Numbered from the whole stretch's first letter, positions 1-12,977 are shown. The stretch: DNA of 56,115 nucleotides, filler included, from Sphacelaria rigidula (GCA_964200075.2; 4 parts of 4 records of this genome joined end to end with filler, not necessarily neighbours in it); one strand, 5' to 3'. The notes: generated by a model not told the origin, from the sequence alone. Made by a program: numbers and translations.

Positions 1-178
1 ACAAGCTCTTTCGACCAACCGTTGCTGCTTTACACGACGCTCTTTTTCTCATTTTCGAGCAACGCATGCCCCAAAATACCCCCCCCCTTTCGTAGGATGA
101 CTCATTGGCCAACTAGTCCGCCACATCGAACAAACCACCACCTCTTACGAACTGTTCATTGTCGGGCTCTTCGACGCA

Positions 179-2038
179 TTGCGCGCCACCTCCCACTCCG
201 CCACAGCCCAAGTTGATGACGTCTGGATCTCGGTGACTCCTCGTCGCCGACGCCACAGACATCATGTTGCCGACCATGAGCGGAATCTCAGCAGTGATTC
301 TCGCAACCACCACGGAGGTTCAAGCTCCTCCTCCAGGAGGACCCGACCACACCGTGTGCCCCGTCCTACCACCGGTTTGAACAAGACACACCAGAGCGGC
401 GGCTCGCCGAGCTCTTTCTCCACCAAGCCCAGGATTCGGTCTGCCACGAACTCGCCCGCGTCGGCTTCTGCCGACCTAAGTCGCGCTGCAACGCGTCTAG
501 CAGATGTTTCACGTCAGGGTTTAGGCCTTTCGGACGACATCTCGGATAAACCGTTATCTTCCACTTCGGCTCGCACTCTCGCTGCCGCTGCCGCCGACCG
601 AGAGCAAACCGCAGCTAGTGCAGCAGCAGCCGCCGCTCGAGCGGAACCCACCCGCGCCACCGCCATCCAGAGAGAATACATCCAAATGGACGTGGAAACA
701 CTTTGGCTTGTGAAACCCATGCTTCCAGAAGACAACGAAGACTCAGGGCGATTCACTTCTGCTCTCATCAAATCTATACGTCGTACTCTTCGTAACATCT
801 TTCAGCTAGCAGACTCTACGCGTACCCAACGCTTCGAAAATTCCAACTGGGTTGATGGATGGCAGATTCCTCTTCACAAAGTTCTGCACCGCGCCATCAA
901 CCGTCGCTCACTCGACACTGCCGCTGCTCTGACACAAGTCTTTGATAATTGCATGGCCGCTATGGATGCGGGCCGCGCGTCGGGGAAGTCAGGGCCGGCT
1001 TTACTCCGCGATCTGGAGCGCCGCTTGACCGGCTACTTCGATCGCAGCACCCAAGGGAGTGCTATACAACGACTTAGTTCTTTCGGTGTCGCAAACGATG
1101 TCACCTTCGCGGACTACCTCCGAGAATTAAAGGTTATCGTTTCTAGCACCATGGGGGTAGGCCGCCAGACTGGCCCAGCGGACGCAATGTGTCAATCATA
1201 TGTGGGGAATAGTGTGTCCGAGTAGTTCCTGACACGAATGCCGTCGCTGTTTCCCGGTGCTTTAGCACACCGCGGAGTGCCTTATCCCTCTGTGGATGCG
1301 ATGTGGAGTGCGTTTGTTCATTAGAAAAATAACTTGACGCCAGCCATTCGCGACGACAAGTATGCTTCAGCTCGTTCACAGGCTGCTTCTGTGCCTTCCT
1401 CGACCCCTTCAGGGTCCCGGAACCGGCCTCACACCTCGCCTCGTTCGTAATGGGTGCCCGCCTCAGTCGCCGGCTCGGTCATGAACGTTGCAAACAAGAG
1501 AGATCCGTTTCGCGCCAGTTTTGACGGATGGTCATACTCCGCCGAGGCTTGGGATGATGTTTACACTGTATCTACCCATGTGTTTACTATAGATGATCCA
1601 CACTTGTGGAACCCCCTCCTCTCGTCTGCTGCCACGCATGAGGCCTTCAGCCGCCACACGAACAGTTGTATGAATTGTAACACCCAAGGACACAGTATGC
1701 GTGATTATACTCGCCCATGTATCAACTCTTTCGACCTCATGAATCCGGAGCTGCATGATCATGAGCCAGCATGGCGCCGATGGCAGAAACGCATGCGTGG
1801 ATACCGCACACCCCACCGTAATTCTCACCATCCTTCCAACAACTGCGACAACACTCGCTCAAATCGGGACCGTCGCCCCAACAACTACGATAACTCTGGT
1901 TCCCGGCGAAGAGAGAGTTCTTCTCACCGTCACCAGAATTCCGCTGATACACCCCAGCGTATGGGGCCCAATCACGATCACTCGAATCCCAAGGCCAGAA
2001 ACCCTGGTTCCTTTATGACTGATCGTACAGATCCATGA
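179..2038 (+). pseudogene. gag: Gypsy gag, broken by stops, with degenerate CCHC knuckle
   Basis: ORFs 179-1225 and 1454-2038 share a frame; CMNCNTQGHSMRDY (~1667-1708) is Cx2Cx4Hx4C with the last Cys lost; lies upstream of pol. Confidence 0.7.
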
Positions 2039-3086
2039 CATGCCGACGCCGGCATTTTTTACGTCTTCGGCGCTGCCGACAGCACTCACGAAGAACATTT
2101 TAACACCAATCGCGAAACGAGTGACAAAAATTTCTCGCTCAACTTCCCCGGCACTATGCAGGAGTGCTAAGGACGGTCGCTCATATCGACCACCGTCTTC
2201 ACCTCTTCGCACACAGCGTAACAGTTACGTTGACTCACAACTTAGCTCTACACTCGGCTCTGGACGTGGTCCTTCAGAACTGAGCGTAAGTCTGAGGTGT
2301 GGGAACACCAACCGCACGTCTCTGAGCGGAAGGCTTCCCTCAGCGACCGCACGCACAGGCAGTAGTGTACTTCACTCGACTGGTTCAAGTGTCGTTGGTC
2401 TGAATTTGACCACTTCGGGCGAAATAACACCCACTCAGCTCGAACGAGTTCATTCTTCGCGTTCATTGCACTACGCGAAGCTACCCCTGAATGGTTCTCA
2501 CACAAACCATCCTGCTTTAGATTCGGCTATGACTCCTCAGCCAAGCTTGCCAACGGGAAGTCCACAAGCTTCGCTCGAGCATGCCCCGATGCTGACCCCA
2601 TCCACCCAACAGAACGCAGTTGGGGATTCCCCAAATACTTTTGAAGTTCCCCGCCCTTTGTCACGGCGAGAGAGAAAGCTCCGTGAGCATGCCCCCACCG
2701 AAGCGCGCGCATCATCCCGTACATCTCCCTCGAGCGGAAAAATTCGACCTCACTCTCTCCAAAATGCGAGGACTTTGAGCTCGATGAGCTTATTCGGCAT
2801 CACAGAAGAATCGAAATCAGATATTTCAGATGTTTCTGCGTCTTCTACGAACGACATTGATCAGGGTGGATCCACTTTAGACGTTGATCCCTGTCTTCCC
2901 AACACGGTCATATGTGAAATTGCTAATGACCAGCCAAGCTGTGCTCACGCTGGGAATCACATACCATCCACCATACCTTCTGGTGAGAAAGTTGACCCCC
3001 CGGCGGATGACCCGCCGTCCGTTTTCGCCGTCAGCACTGCTGATCCCGATCAATTTGCCTCGGCTGAACATGCTTGTCGGTGGTAA

Positions 3087-3450
3087 AGTGTCTGTTGATC
3101 CTGTCACTTTTACTGCTCGCGTGGCGCTCCAGTGTAGGCTACACGCAACGACGCCTGCCAGATGTGTCTCTTTGTTAAATAGCAGTAGCCCACAAATATT
3201 TATTCGTGAATCAATGTGGGTACATATGAAACAAATTGGCGCTGCTTCAACAGCTCGCGAAGTCACCACCCAACCTCGAGTATGGGGCGGTTTTGATGAC
3301 TCCACCGCACCTTTGACCACACGTATATCAGTTCGTCTCAGTGTGCAATTCTTACACAGCACAACTCGTTTTGCCAGCTTTGCAGTCTGGGCATATGTTG
3401 TCCCCGACGGCACCATAGCTCACGCCTTACTCATGGGCTGACATAGTTAC
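3087..3450 (+). pseudogene. Retropepsin-like aspartic protease remnant
   Basis: VSLLNSSSPQIFI resembles LLDSGS with the catalytic D changed to N; ALLMG* resembles the C-terminal ILG motif; sits between gag and RT. Confidence 0.55.
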
Positions 3451-3681
3451 ATGCGGTTTGATCAACGCACCTGCCGCACGCTACCACCTGTATCGCCGCA
3501 GTCTGCGCCTCGTGGAGAACTCAACCTTGAACATTTCGGTACCCTTCACGGCGCCTGGGCCTACCAAAACAATGGTCAAGCTACCGGAACTGCTTAGTAC
3601 CTACGATACGATGGTAGTGCTGGTGTTACCCTCTCCGATGATCCTCAACTGCTGGAAGTTGCCCTCGTTCGCCGAAATGGC

Positions 3682-4890
3682 ATGCCGGCCCTTACGGGAC
3701 ACTACTTCGCCGAAATGCTTCCTCGGGTTGGTGCACCTGCCAGCACAGAGCACTTTGTCTTCGCAGGAAAACAACTTTTGCCCCTCACGGGTCATGCTAA
3801 CTTGGAACCTGGTGATGTTCGGGGTATCGCTGCTGCTCCTCCCAAGCACAGTCCACTTGAGACATATGCCACTGAACCCTCGACGCCCCTCTCGGCGTCT
3901 CAGATGGACGGTTCTGTCAATTGCGTCGATGAGACTCACTTCGACGTAACCTCTACGCCTTCATCACGTATCCACACCGTGCACCCTGCATCGTCAACTT
4001 CCGACCCTCCTGCTGAAGTGCTCCAACGCCCATTACCAGAATCTCGGAGAAATTTCTTGCACATGTGGAATCTACTTCCATCTCATTTACGTGACATCAA
4101 CTTTGACCTACATGGACCCGGCTGGGAACCTGCTGTAATCAAAGAATTCATCGATGTTTTATTGGAGTGCTCAAACCGATTTTCTCAATCCAAAACGGAT
4201 CTGGGGCATTGCAAAACGCTGCCCTTTGAAATCACACTTCAACCTGGCGTTTCGCCGATATCTTCCCGACCATACCGGGCGAACCCCATCCTTACCAAAA
4301 ACGTTAACGCCATTTTAGACGCGTACTTAGGTGTCGGATTAACCCAACACTCATCCTCTCTATGGCCCTCACCCCTAGTGGTAGTCCCGAAAAAGGATCG
4401 AAACATCCGCATCACCGTGAATTATCAACGGCTAAACCGCGTTACTATGGTGGGGGAACTTCCAATTCCAGATAAAGTCTTCGACTCTCTAGGCGAAGGC
4501 AAAATATTTAGTACCTTCGACCTTACTTCTGGATTTTTCCAGAATGCCATTCACCCTGACACAACCCCACTGACAGCGTTCTGCACATCTTCCGGGCTCT
4601 ACGAATGGCTTCGTATGCCACAAGGCGCCGCCACTGCACCAGGCTGTTTCCAATGCTTAATGCAGCGCGTTACAGAGAAACTCGAACACGTCATCATGTA
4701 CTTGGACGACTATATCGCCTTCGATGCCTCCCCTCTTGCGCATGTGCGCACCTTGCGCGAGTTTCTTTCTCGACTGCGGACGCACGATTTGAAACTATTA
4801 CCATAAAAAGCTCGCCTTGGCGCGGCTGAACTGGATTATCTAGTACATTCAATTTCACCGGCGGGTCTACACCCGGAAACCAACAAAGCC
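3682..4890 (+). pseudogene. pol: Gypsy reverse transcriptase
   Basis: Motifs SRPYR, WPSPLVVVPKKD..IRITVNYQRLN, FDLTSGFFQ, YEWLRMPQG, MYLDDY; stop at 4804-4806. Confidence 0.95.
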
Positions 4891-4896
4891 AGAGCA

Positions 4897-5270
4897 ATGA
4901 CTGAATTGTTGATGCCCACGAACATTCCTCAACTCCGCTCATTACTGGGTGGACTGTCTTACTACCACAAATATTTGCCTAGCCTGTCCAAACGGATTAT
5001 CTTAATTGCGGACTTGCTTGAAAAAGGCGCCGCGTTTGTCTTCACCAAAGACATGGAAGCTATTGTTCGCGATTTGTTGAAAACGCTTACCGAAAAACCG
5101 GTCCTTTGTTTCTCAGACTGGGATGCAGTACAAGGCGGCTTTCGACTCTTTCGACTACACGCAGACGCCAACATCGACGGGTTCAGGGCGGTCCTAAATC
5201 AGCCTCAATTCGATGGGTCTCTTCGATCCATCCTCTACATCTGTCGCGCCACCCTGCCAAACGAGGCCAA
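4897..5270 (+). pseudogene. RT connection plus RNase H, truncated by an internal deletion
   Basis: QLRSLLGGLSYY, FRLHADANIDGFRAVLNQ, ILYICRATLPNE, then abrupt loss of similarity; later catalytic residues are absent. Confidence 0.85.
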
Positions 5271-5499
5271 GCACCAGCTCCCCGCAACAGCGCACCACGA
5301 GCCTTGACAACACCCGGCACGCGCGATTTCACAACAAGCGCCGAGCACGCTCTCCGGCGCGCACTACGTCGACAACGCCGCCCTCCGCGGCACCGTCAGT
5401 GACCCCTTCTGATGATCCCGATGTACACATCGACGTCGACACCTCCGCCCCGTCGCCTGTTCCACCGCTTTCTGAGCCACCATGTCTGGTCGGCTCTCC

Positions 5500-7120
5500 G
5501 GCGGAAGGCCAACTGCGCGAGTTCCTCGCCAGTTACTCTCATCTTGATTGGGCTCGTGAACAACAAGCAGAACCATTATATCGCACAACCCTGCGGTACC
5601 TCCGTGCTGGCTGCCCTGCCCATATCCCGGCCAATGTTCTGGCCCCGGTTCGTACACTGCCACCACCAACCGCCTCTAAGGTGTACGAACTGGCCCATAA
5701 AGGTACTATTTTCACAACTGATGACGGTATCCAACTGCTTTTTCGTCGCCCTACGCCCCAGCCGGGTGTGACTTCCCCCGCGACCACTGGACGTCATGCA
5801 CGCCTACTCGACGATGAACCCATCCGGATATATGTCCCATTATTGATACGACCGTGGGTAATGAAAGGCTGCCACACTGACCTGCCTTGCCACCTTGGTG
5901 TCACGCGCACATCGGCGTTACTCGAACATTTGTACTGGTGGATCGGTATGGAAGTGTCCACCCGCTCCTGGATTCGGCGATGCTTCAAGTGTCAAGCTCA
6001 CAAAACCTCACGGCAGACAATACGTTGGCCAGTCATTTCGATGGCACTTCCCAACGCTCCTGGTCACGTCGTGTCTTTCGACTATTTCGATCCTTTACCG
6101 CCCACTGACCTTGGCAACACCTACATCTTACTCTCCACGGACAGTTTCAGTCGTCATGCGTCCATGTACGCAGTCACTGCTGGAGACTTCACAGCCGCAG
6201 GCACAGCTAACATCTTAGTTCACGACTATATCAAGCACCATGGTTGCCCGAAACAGCTTCTCTCCGACAATGGTCAGCAATTTTGCGATCTCTCGGACGA
6301 ACTCTATACGCTCCTGGGCATTCCCCAGATAGCCACAAGCGCTTACCACCCTAATGGCAACGGTGGTACTGAAAGAGTTGACCATACCATGGCCCAGATA
6401 TTTTCCATGGCCGTCAATGATCGTCAAAACGATTGGGATCTTCATATTTCACATGTTATGCTGTCCTATAACAACTCGGTCAACGCTGCTACCGGTCTCT
6501 CGCGGAACGAGTGATATCTCGGCCGCTACCCCCGTCTGTCCATCACCGTGTTTGAGAGACACACCTTCGATGGCCACCAAGGCTTAGATCAGGATCAGAT
6601 ATCCTACCATGACCTGGCGCGTGCACGCCAGCGCAAAGCTTTCACTCTCGTGCGTGAACAACACGCTATCAACGCCTCGCACCTTAAGAGATGTAACATT
6701 GCTCTCTACAATTTGATGCACAAACGACCTACTTGCGATTGGATCTGGGTTTACAACAGTTTGTCGACCATCCGCCAAGGCGCCGACAGAGCCGGCCACG
6801 AGACAGTCTTAAAGACTAAGTTATCCCTCAACTGGAAAGGATCATTCAAGGTTCTGACCGTAGGGCCCTCGCCATCGTCACCTGATGGCAAATCTGTTGG
6901 CGACAAATTTCTCTATCTCGATCTCCCTCGCGATCTTCAGGAATATGACGCCAAATCCCGCGTCTCTGTGCACCGTTGCGAACCTTGCACAAACCCGCAC
7001 GACACTAGCGACATGCCCAAATATCTGCCTGCCGGTCTTATGCAATACATTCTTAACAGCTGTTCGACCAAGTCAATTCCTTATCACGTTACTACTGACG
7101 ACGTGACGGAACAACCCCTT
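5500..7120 (+). pseudogene. Integrase (HHCC zinc finger + DDE core + C-terminal part)
   Basis: CH..CHLG...WIRRCFKCQ; VSFDYF; LLSDNGQQF; AYHPNGNGGTERV; KLSLNWKGSFKV (GPY/F-like); stop at 6512-6514. Confidence 0.93.
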
Positions 7121-7122
7121 CG

Positions 7123-7650
7123 CCTCGCCGTGTCCCATATCTCCGGACACCAGATCACCTGCTGTCGAGGACGTAAGATTGCTGTCATGTACAAAACTCA
7201 CTGGTAAGGCCCTCGGAGAGCATCCTGGGAAAGCGAATCTTACCTTTAGCTGCACCACCGAGCTATTGTCCTGTACTGGACACAACCTCAGCAGCAACAT
7301 ATTGCTAACAATAAGAAATATCGTAACATGCGCCGCGGCGCAGCAGCACGCGAGCTTCATCGTGACAAAGGTTCGCGCTTTGTCGCCGATGGCTATTAAT
7401 TGGTAGCCACCAAGCATTGGAAATAAAAGATCCGCGCGAAACAGGAAATCCTCATCACATGCGCCTACCTCTGGTACGAAGGCAGCGACAACCTCTGGTG
7501 GCTGGGCCAAACCCACTCCACAGACCAAACCGCGCTTGACATATACCTCGTGCGCTTCATCGATGATCCCGTACCCGTGCAGCTCAAGCTCCGCCCAAAG
7601 CTTTATACCACCACCAGCCCATCCTCACCACGAGGATCTTGGTGTCTTCA
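7123..7650 (+). pseudogene. Integrase C-terminal chromodomain followed by a Tudor-like segment
   Basis: Same frame as ORF 6548: LAVSHISGHQ...VMYKTHW*GPRRASWESESYL (chromo pattern), then AYLWYEGSDNLWWLGQ...IYLVRFIDDP. Confidence 0.7.
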
Positions 7651-8470
7651 GCGACTCAAGTCCAAAGGCCCCCGCCGCGGAATCAACATAACATCGATCG
7701 CACACATGATGTTAACGCACCGCTTTAGCTTCCACAAACCTTCTGCTTTTCGATCCACGACATTCTTTCCTTTTTTTTTCTTTCCTTCTCCTGTCGTTTG
7801 GATATTTCCCCCTGCTTCCATCATTCAGGATACACCAGCGCCACCCACCGACTTCTTCAACAGCCTACAATCGGAGCCCCTTTCGGCGCACAATCACGGA
7901 CCACGAATGAAACTTGCTTGGAGCACCTTCATCCTCGGCTACTGAAGCTTTTCGTATTCTCGCTCTTGATTTGCATGACTGGCGCTGGACCCCTTGCACT
8001 CTTTGAGTTGTTGATTCCTTTGCTTTTCTCTGCCACCATGCGCTCGCCGCATGTGATTGACCTTTCGGCGGTTGAGTTTGGCATCACCCATGTAGACGTT
8101 GTGTCCCTAGCGTGTCTTCCCTTTTGGCTCTTTATTTTGGCTAGCGCATCGAAACATTTTTGTGTTCTTCTGTTTGAATTCGCTAGCCCGCAGTAGCATT
8201 ATGTGCTCCTGCGTCTTCAAGCGCACTTGCGCTTTCCGGTAGCAGATTCTGCTTCCCTTCTTTGAGGTGTGGGAGGATCGGGCAACGGAGTGGACATTGC
8301 CCTCCTGGTCTGGGGTGTACCTGGTTTTCAGCCACTACGGCCGAGTGCCTTTATAGCATTGAGTTCGCCTTCCCTGTCGCTCATGACTTGACGTGAAGAA
8401 AAAGTCGATTTTCTTTGCCCTTTAAGGTTTCTCATCGCAACTGTAACAGAGATTCGTCTGGATGGGCTAG

Positions 8471-8708
8471 TGTCATGAAGCTAGAAGGCGTTCATGATCA
8501 AACCTGGGATTCAATAGTTGCGGGTTTGATCAGGCTGCACTAGGTCGGATGTAAGTTCGATAAAGGGGAACAGGCGAGGGTTAGCAGCACCTCCCGGCTA
8601 CTCGCGAAGTGGAGCCATCAGCTGAGCATTGCTATAGCAAGTGAGCAACGTGAGAGAGCTTTGAACGGAGCGATAACAAACACGAGTGATCTAGGTTTTT
8701 TTTCATCA
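8471..8708 (+). repeat. Gypsy 3' LTR (~238 bp) preceded by a purine-rich PPT-like tract GGATGGGCTAG (8460-8470)
   Basis: Starts TGTCATGA directly after the tract and ends TTTCATCA; no second copy in the window to confirm. Confidence 0.65.
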
Positions 8709-9382
8709 AGTGGGGACAGCTTGCTGCGTGAAGCTATTGAGGTGTGAACTATTTTGGACACAGCTATAACCTTCAAGGACTGACCTCGCCAGGACTGTCA
8801 GACTTGACCCGCGTGCACACAGAGGTGCATGCCTCACAACCTCATAATAATCTAACACCTGCTGCAGTACTGATGATGAGTCTGCTTTCTTGATGCCAAG
8901 TATTTCTCTGACATACCCTATTGTTATATCCATGATGCCTGAATTGCCCTGGTGTTGTACCTTAGGCTGCTGGTGCTGGTGCTGGTGCTCCTGTGGCTGA
9001 TGCTGGTGCTGCTGCTATAGTTGATGATGACGATGATGACGATGATGATAATGATGACGATGATAATGACGGTGATGAGAAGGATAATGATCACGACTCT
9101 TCTGCAGTGAAGGTGTCGATCTCCTTGTACTCCTGTTGTAATCTCCACGTCTGTTGAAGTCGACACGTTTGTTCTTTTCGTAAAACTTCGGCTTTTCTCC
9201 CCTTGTGCTGTTGTGTGCAAACGTAGGCTTTACCCATGAAGATGTAATAATTTCACTGTAGTTCCTACCCCTTCTCACTTTCCCCGGTGAATCCCACGGT
9301 GTTGTCACTGTTCTGCCGGAAGGTGTCGAACATGGTTCGGCGATCTTGACTGCTCCTGTCCATTTGATGTCCGGGGGAGGTA

Positions 9383-10218
9383 CTACTGCTGATATGCTGT
9401 GCCCATCCCCACACATTTCCCGGACACTACCTTAGTCGTAAATGCTGACCCGGCAATTGTCTTGAAATGTCTTGAGTCCCGAATAATGTTTATGTTGGTG
9501 AAGTGGAGCGTACCGTTGTTGTTGTCGGTATGAATTGGAATTTTGAATTTTCCAAGGTCGACGTGAGAGTCGATGGAGAACACGGTTGAGGCTCCTTTTG
9601 TGAGTGCTTCAACTGGTGAAAAAAAAATGTTTACCGAGGCCTGAAACAAAAATGGCTGGAGGGCGGACGGAGTGCTGATTTCCCTGCTGATCGCAGACGA
9701 TGGAGTGGAGCATCCTTTTTCCTGTTCCGCTGAGTAGATGGCGACCTGCTGTGAGAATTCACATGGGAGGGTCGAGTTTCACATAGTCAAACATCTCCTT
9801 TTCAATATTGGGCAGTAGCTGATTCAATGTAATGGTGGCTGGCCCCGGAATCGCATACCATCTTCAATGATATATACACGGGTGACCTGGTGTTGTTCTT
9901 GTCTGCAGGATCAGCAAAAAAGCTAACGCCTATGATGCTTGGTGGCGAGCTTGTGTCAGTCGCTGTTAGTGCTGCCGATCCGCTAGTCTCTTGAACTGGG
10001 ATGTTGAATGGTGCTGTCGTATATGCAGAATCCACTGTGACGGTGTTTGCATGGCGTTGATGTCCGTCGATGTTGTTGTTTTCGTCTCCATTGTTGTTGC
10101 AGTTGCTGTCGTTGTCATTGTTCCTGTCGTTCTTCTTGAACCTACTACCGTTACCGATTTGATTCTTGCATTCCGAGTTGTCGTGTTTATCTGTACGATG
10201 CAGACTGCACCATTTCAC
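9383..10218 (-). pseudogene. Copia protease region
   Basis: CSLHRTDKHDNSEC His/Cys motif, DSGASHH catalytic motif, downstream NIFFSP (LxxNLFS-like). Confidence 0.75.
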
Positions 10219-10279
10219 AGGCCTGCTTCTGCTGTTAGACTGTCGTTCAGAACGACAGTCGCCGGTATGGTGATCAGGT

Positions 10280-11188
10280 TTACCACAGAAAAAAACATTT
10301 TCCAGCGAATCTTGTAGGTGTTGCAGATGAATCGAGCTGTGAGGTCGCTATCATGGCGGCATCACGGCCGCGTACTCCCTTCGACAAAACTCCGCGTGCG
10401 ACGTGATTTGAGTACATCTTCCCCATTGTTACTTTGATGTCAGAGATGCTGAAGTCTGGGTCATGCTCCGCATCATACTTGACCCTGTCGTAGTCATCTG
10501 TCAAGGCTTCCACCGCGATGTCCGTGAATCTATCATCTGAAATGGGTCGACCCATGTACACCAGCTGATCACGCAGTTCATAGAGCTTGGTCAGAAACAC
10601 GTCAGGATCTTGTTCAGGTGACATGTTGATGTTTTCTAGTTGACGCATAAGAATATGCCGCCGTTGCTTCGAAGAGTTGTTGTATTTACCCACCAGTGCC
10701 CCCCATGCAACTTTGCCATGCGGTCTTGCGTGGCCCTTCGGCTCGAAGTGAAGAAGAAAACTGCCCGCTGGGGCTGTAATTGTCAAGTATAGAATATTAA
10801 ACAACTGTTCGTTGCATGGATCTCAATTCTCAACTTTAAATCTGTTCACCAAAATTTTCTCATGTGTATCCTCCCGAGAAAAAACCACTTCGCCGCCAGC
10901 AGGGTCGTCAACCGGATCACTTGTTCCGGCTGCCTCTTCGGATGAAGACGGCGGGGTTCCTTGGGAGCGGGTGTGTGGTGAAGTTGATCTTGACCTGGGT
11001 CGTGCAGCTGAAAGTGATTGGGCACCTTGAATGTGCTCCACATCATCAAACGTCTCCGCGGGACGTTTACCTCCATTCATGATACCCAAATTACTGGATG
11101 TGTGAGGAAAACCATGCGCGCGTGCTGCGCTTCCATTCGAGGAAATTTGTTCCATCGAATTTCCTGACGCTCTAGATGAGCTATGCAA
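10280..11188 (-). pseudogene. gag: Copia gag, frameshifted
   Basis: ORFs 10823-11188 and 10280-10804 with the Copia gag pattern, ending at a zinc knuckle. Confidence 0.75.
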
Positions 11189-11254
11189 CAGATAGCTCTC
11201 CTTGGTTATTCATCTTGTTGCAAAATGTGTGAAAATTCATCACACCTATAACCT

Positions 11255-11670
11255 TGTGCAAATAAACAGGATGAAGGCTCGACCCTTCTTACGTTTTGCT
11301 GCCGTGACGACCTTGATGAGAAGTCCATTCGCTGGTGCTGACCAACGTAGTCTCGAGTCGAAGGCTGATGACCTGATGATCTACGTGGTCGCGAATCGAT
11401 GACTCAAACTCTGCTGGAATAACTCGTGTCCGTAGCAGTGTCCTTGCGACAGGCTGACTACCGTTCAGCGAACAGTAGTATGTCAGAGGTGACACACTGG
11501 TGGTTAGACCAGTTGCGTCTGCAGCTCGGAATAAAACTATGGAAACATATGCTTGATTGAGCTCCTTATCCGGCCAAGAAAAACAGAACGCACAGTCTCT
11601 TCTCAAGGCAGAGAACTGGAGGTGGTAAAGGAGAGTGATTGGAGAGGGGCGGTGAGGACCACCGATCACA
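11255..11670 (-). repeat. Copia 5' LTR (416 bp) with PBS GGTTATAG at 11246-11253
   Basis: Minus strand reads TGTGAT...TGCACA (TG..CA with TGTG/CACA inverted ends), then A-GGTTATAG, a GGTTAT-type Copia PBS, just upstream of gag. Confidence 0.7.
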
Positions 11671-12291
11671 ATTATCTCAATCCTGGAACAAAAACCAAAG
11701 CTCTACACGTGCGTAGACTAAACCGCATCCATGACTCTGACGTGTTGGTTTGCCAACTCACAGACTGGATTCTTACTCAACCTACGACATTCACAAACGA
11801 TGGCAGCACACTGTCTTATCCTACGAGCTTACGTGGCAAGTCTGACAAGATGTTGAACTCAAGGATCGATATAGAAAACAGTACTTGCACCCGTGGTCAA
11901 TACTGGGGGCTCCTAGCTGAACCGGAACATAAGGTGCCGCTAATTTGCTACAGGGTAAAAACTCACACACAGAAAACAAACAGCTAGACTGCTGGCTGTA
12001 TAAATTTCCAACAGTCTCAGCGCAGGAGAGTTCTACGGGTGACGTTGGCGGTGCTTAAAACAGTTGTCCAGACCCAGTTCGCAGTAAAGTTCAAGTCAAG
12101 TCCTGTTCGAGTCTGTTTTCCTCGAACGTTTTCGAACTACGGCCAAACGTATGGTAGATGAGGTTTTGATATGTAACACACCAAAACCTGTGACCAAATG
12201 GCGATTGTGTTTCCATTTCGTTTGTGTCGGCGGTTTGTTTCTCACAATTGTTTTGACGGCAATCTATCGAGTATGGTACGAGTCAACCACA

Positions 12292-12745
12292 AACAACCAA
12301 TCATCGAAATTGAGGATGCAGCTTTTCATTAAGGATGAGAACCCGGAGGATTTCAAATCTCCTTATCCGCACCAAATCTTCGAAATATGGTTCCATTCCT
12401 TCACCTACTGGTAGCTTTTGACAAGTACTTCACGTCATGCATATTTGGATTTCGATAACCGAAATGTTGGGGTCTTAATTAGGTTTAGGTGAAGAACCAG
12501 TTTCGGGGAATTTCGGCGATCTGATCGCATCATCTAAATTTCCCAAATTGTTTCTTTATATAGGACCCCAAAATTTCGGTTATTCGAATGCAAATTTGTA
12601 GGGCGTGTAGCAGTTGTCAATAGCTACCAGTAGGTGAGGGAATGGAACCATATTCCGAAGATTTGGTGTGGATGCGCAGATTTTGATCCTCTGGGTTCTC
12701 ATCCTTACTGAAAAGCTCCATTCTCAATCTCGATGATCGGCTGTT
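12292..12745. mobile_element. Fold-back / MITE, ~450-bp imperfect palindrome
   Basis: 12292-12515 pairs with 12525-12745 (e.g. ATATGGTTCCATTCCTTCACCTACTGGTAGCT with AGCTACCAGTAGGTGAGGGAATGGAACCATAT); centre CGATCTGATCG. Confidence 0.85.
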
Positions 12746-12977
12746 GATATGTGTGTCGTTCAGGGATAGCGTAAAATCTTGCTTCTGCAGTCCCACTTCT
12801 ACTTCAGTGTGCTGTCTACTCTTCTTGAAAACAAGACGATACTGGAGGATGGTAGACTCGGCAGTACCGAAGAGTTGCTCCAAATAAATGTTGAAATGGT
12901 GCTTGGCACCGAGAGCACCTTTGAGTTGCACATGCGACCATTCGGCTACCCTCATAAAATCCTCTTTCACGATTTTC

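Larger units (their letters stand above)
1..8708 (+). mobile_element. Ty3/Gypsy (chromovirus-like) LTR retrotransposon, inactivated; 5' LTR lies outside the scaffold
   Basis: Domain order gag-PR-RT-RH-IN-chromo in broken + strand frames, followed by a PPT-like tract and a TG...CA LTR; many stops and frameshifts. Confidence 0.93.
8940..11670 (-). mobile_element. Ty1/Copia-like element with 5' LTR, PBS, gag and protease; no recognisable IN or RT
   Basis: Minus-strand ORFs 10280-10804 (Copia/UBN2-type gag: AWGALVGKY...DPDVFLTKLYELRDQL), a frameshifted CFFCGKPDHHTGDC knuckle, and MVCDSGASHHYI protease in 9802-10218. Confidence 0.8.

Noticed and set aside
2040-3086. 348-aa ORF as an independent gene
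   Set aside because: Ser/Pro/Thr-rich low-complexity stretch between gag and protease inside the Gypsy element; no domain recognised.
8706-8933. Start of Copia reverse transcriptase
   Set aside because: No convincing RVT_2 motif; the segment instead contains a second PBS-like sequence.
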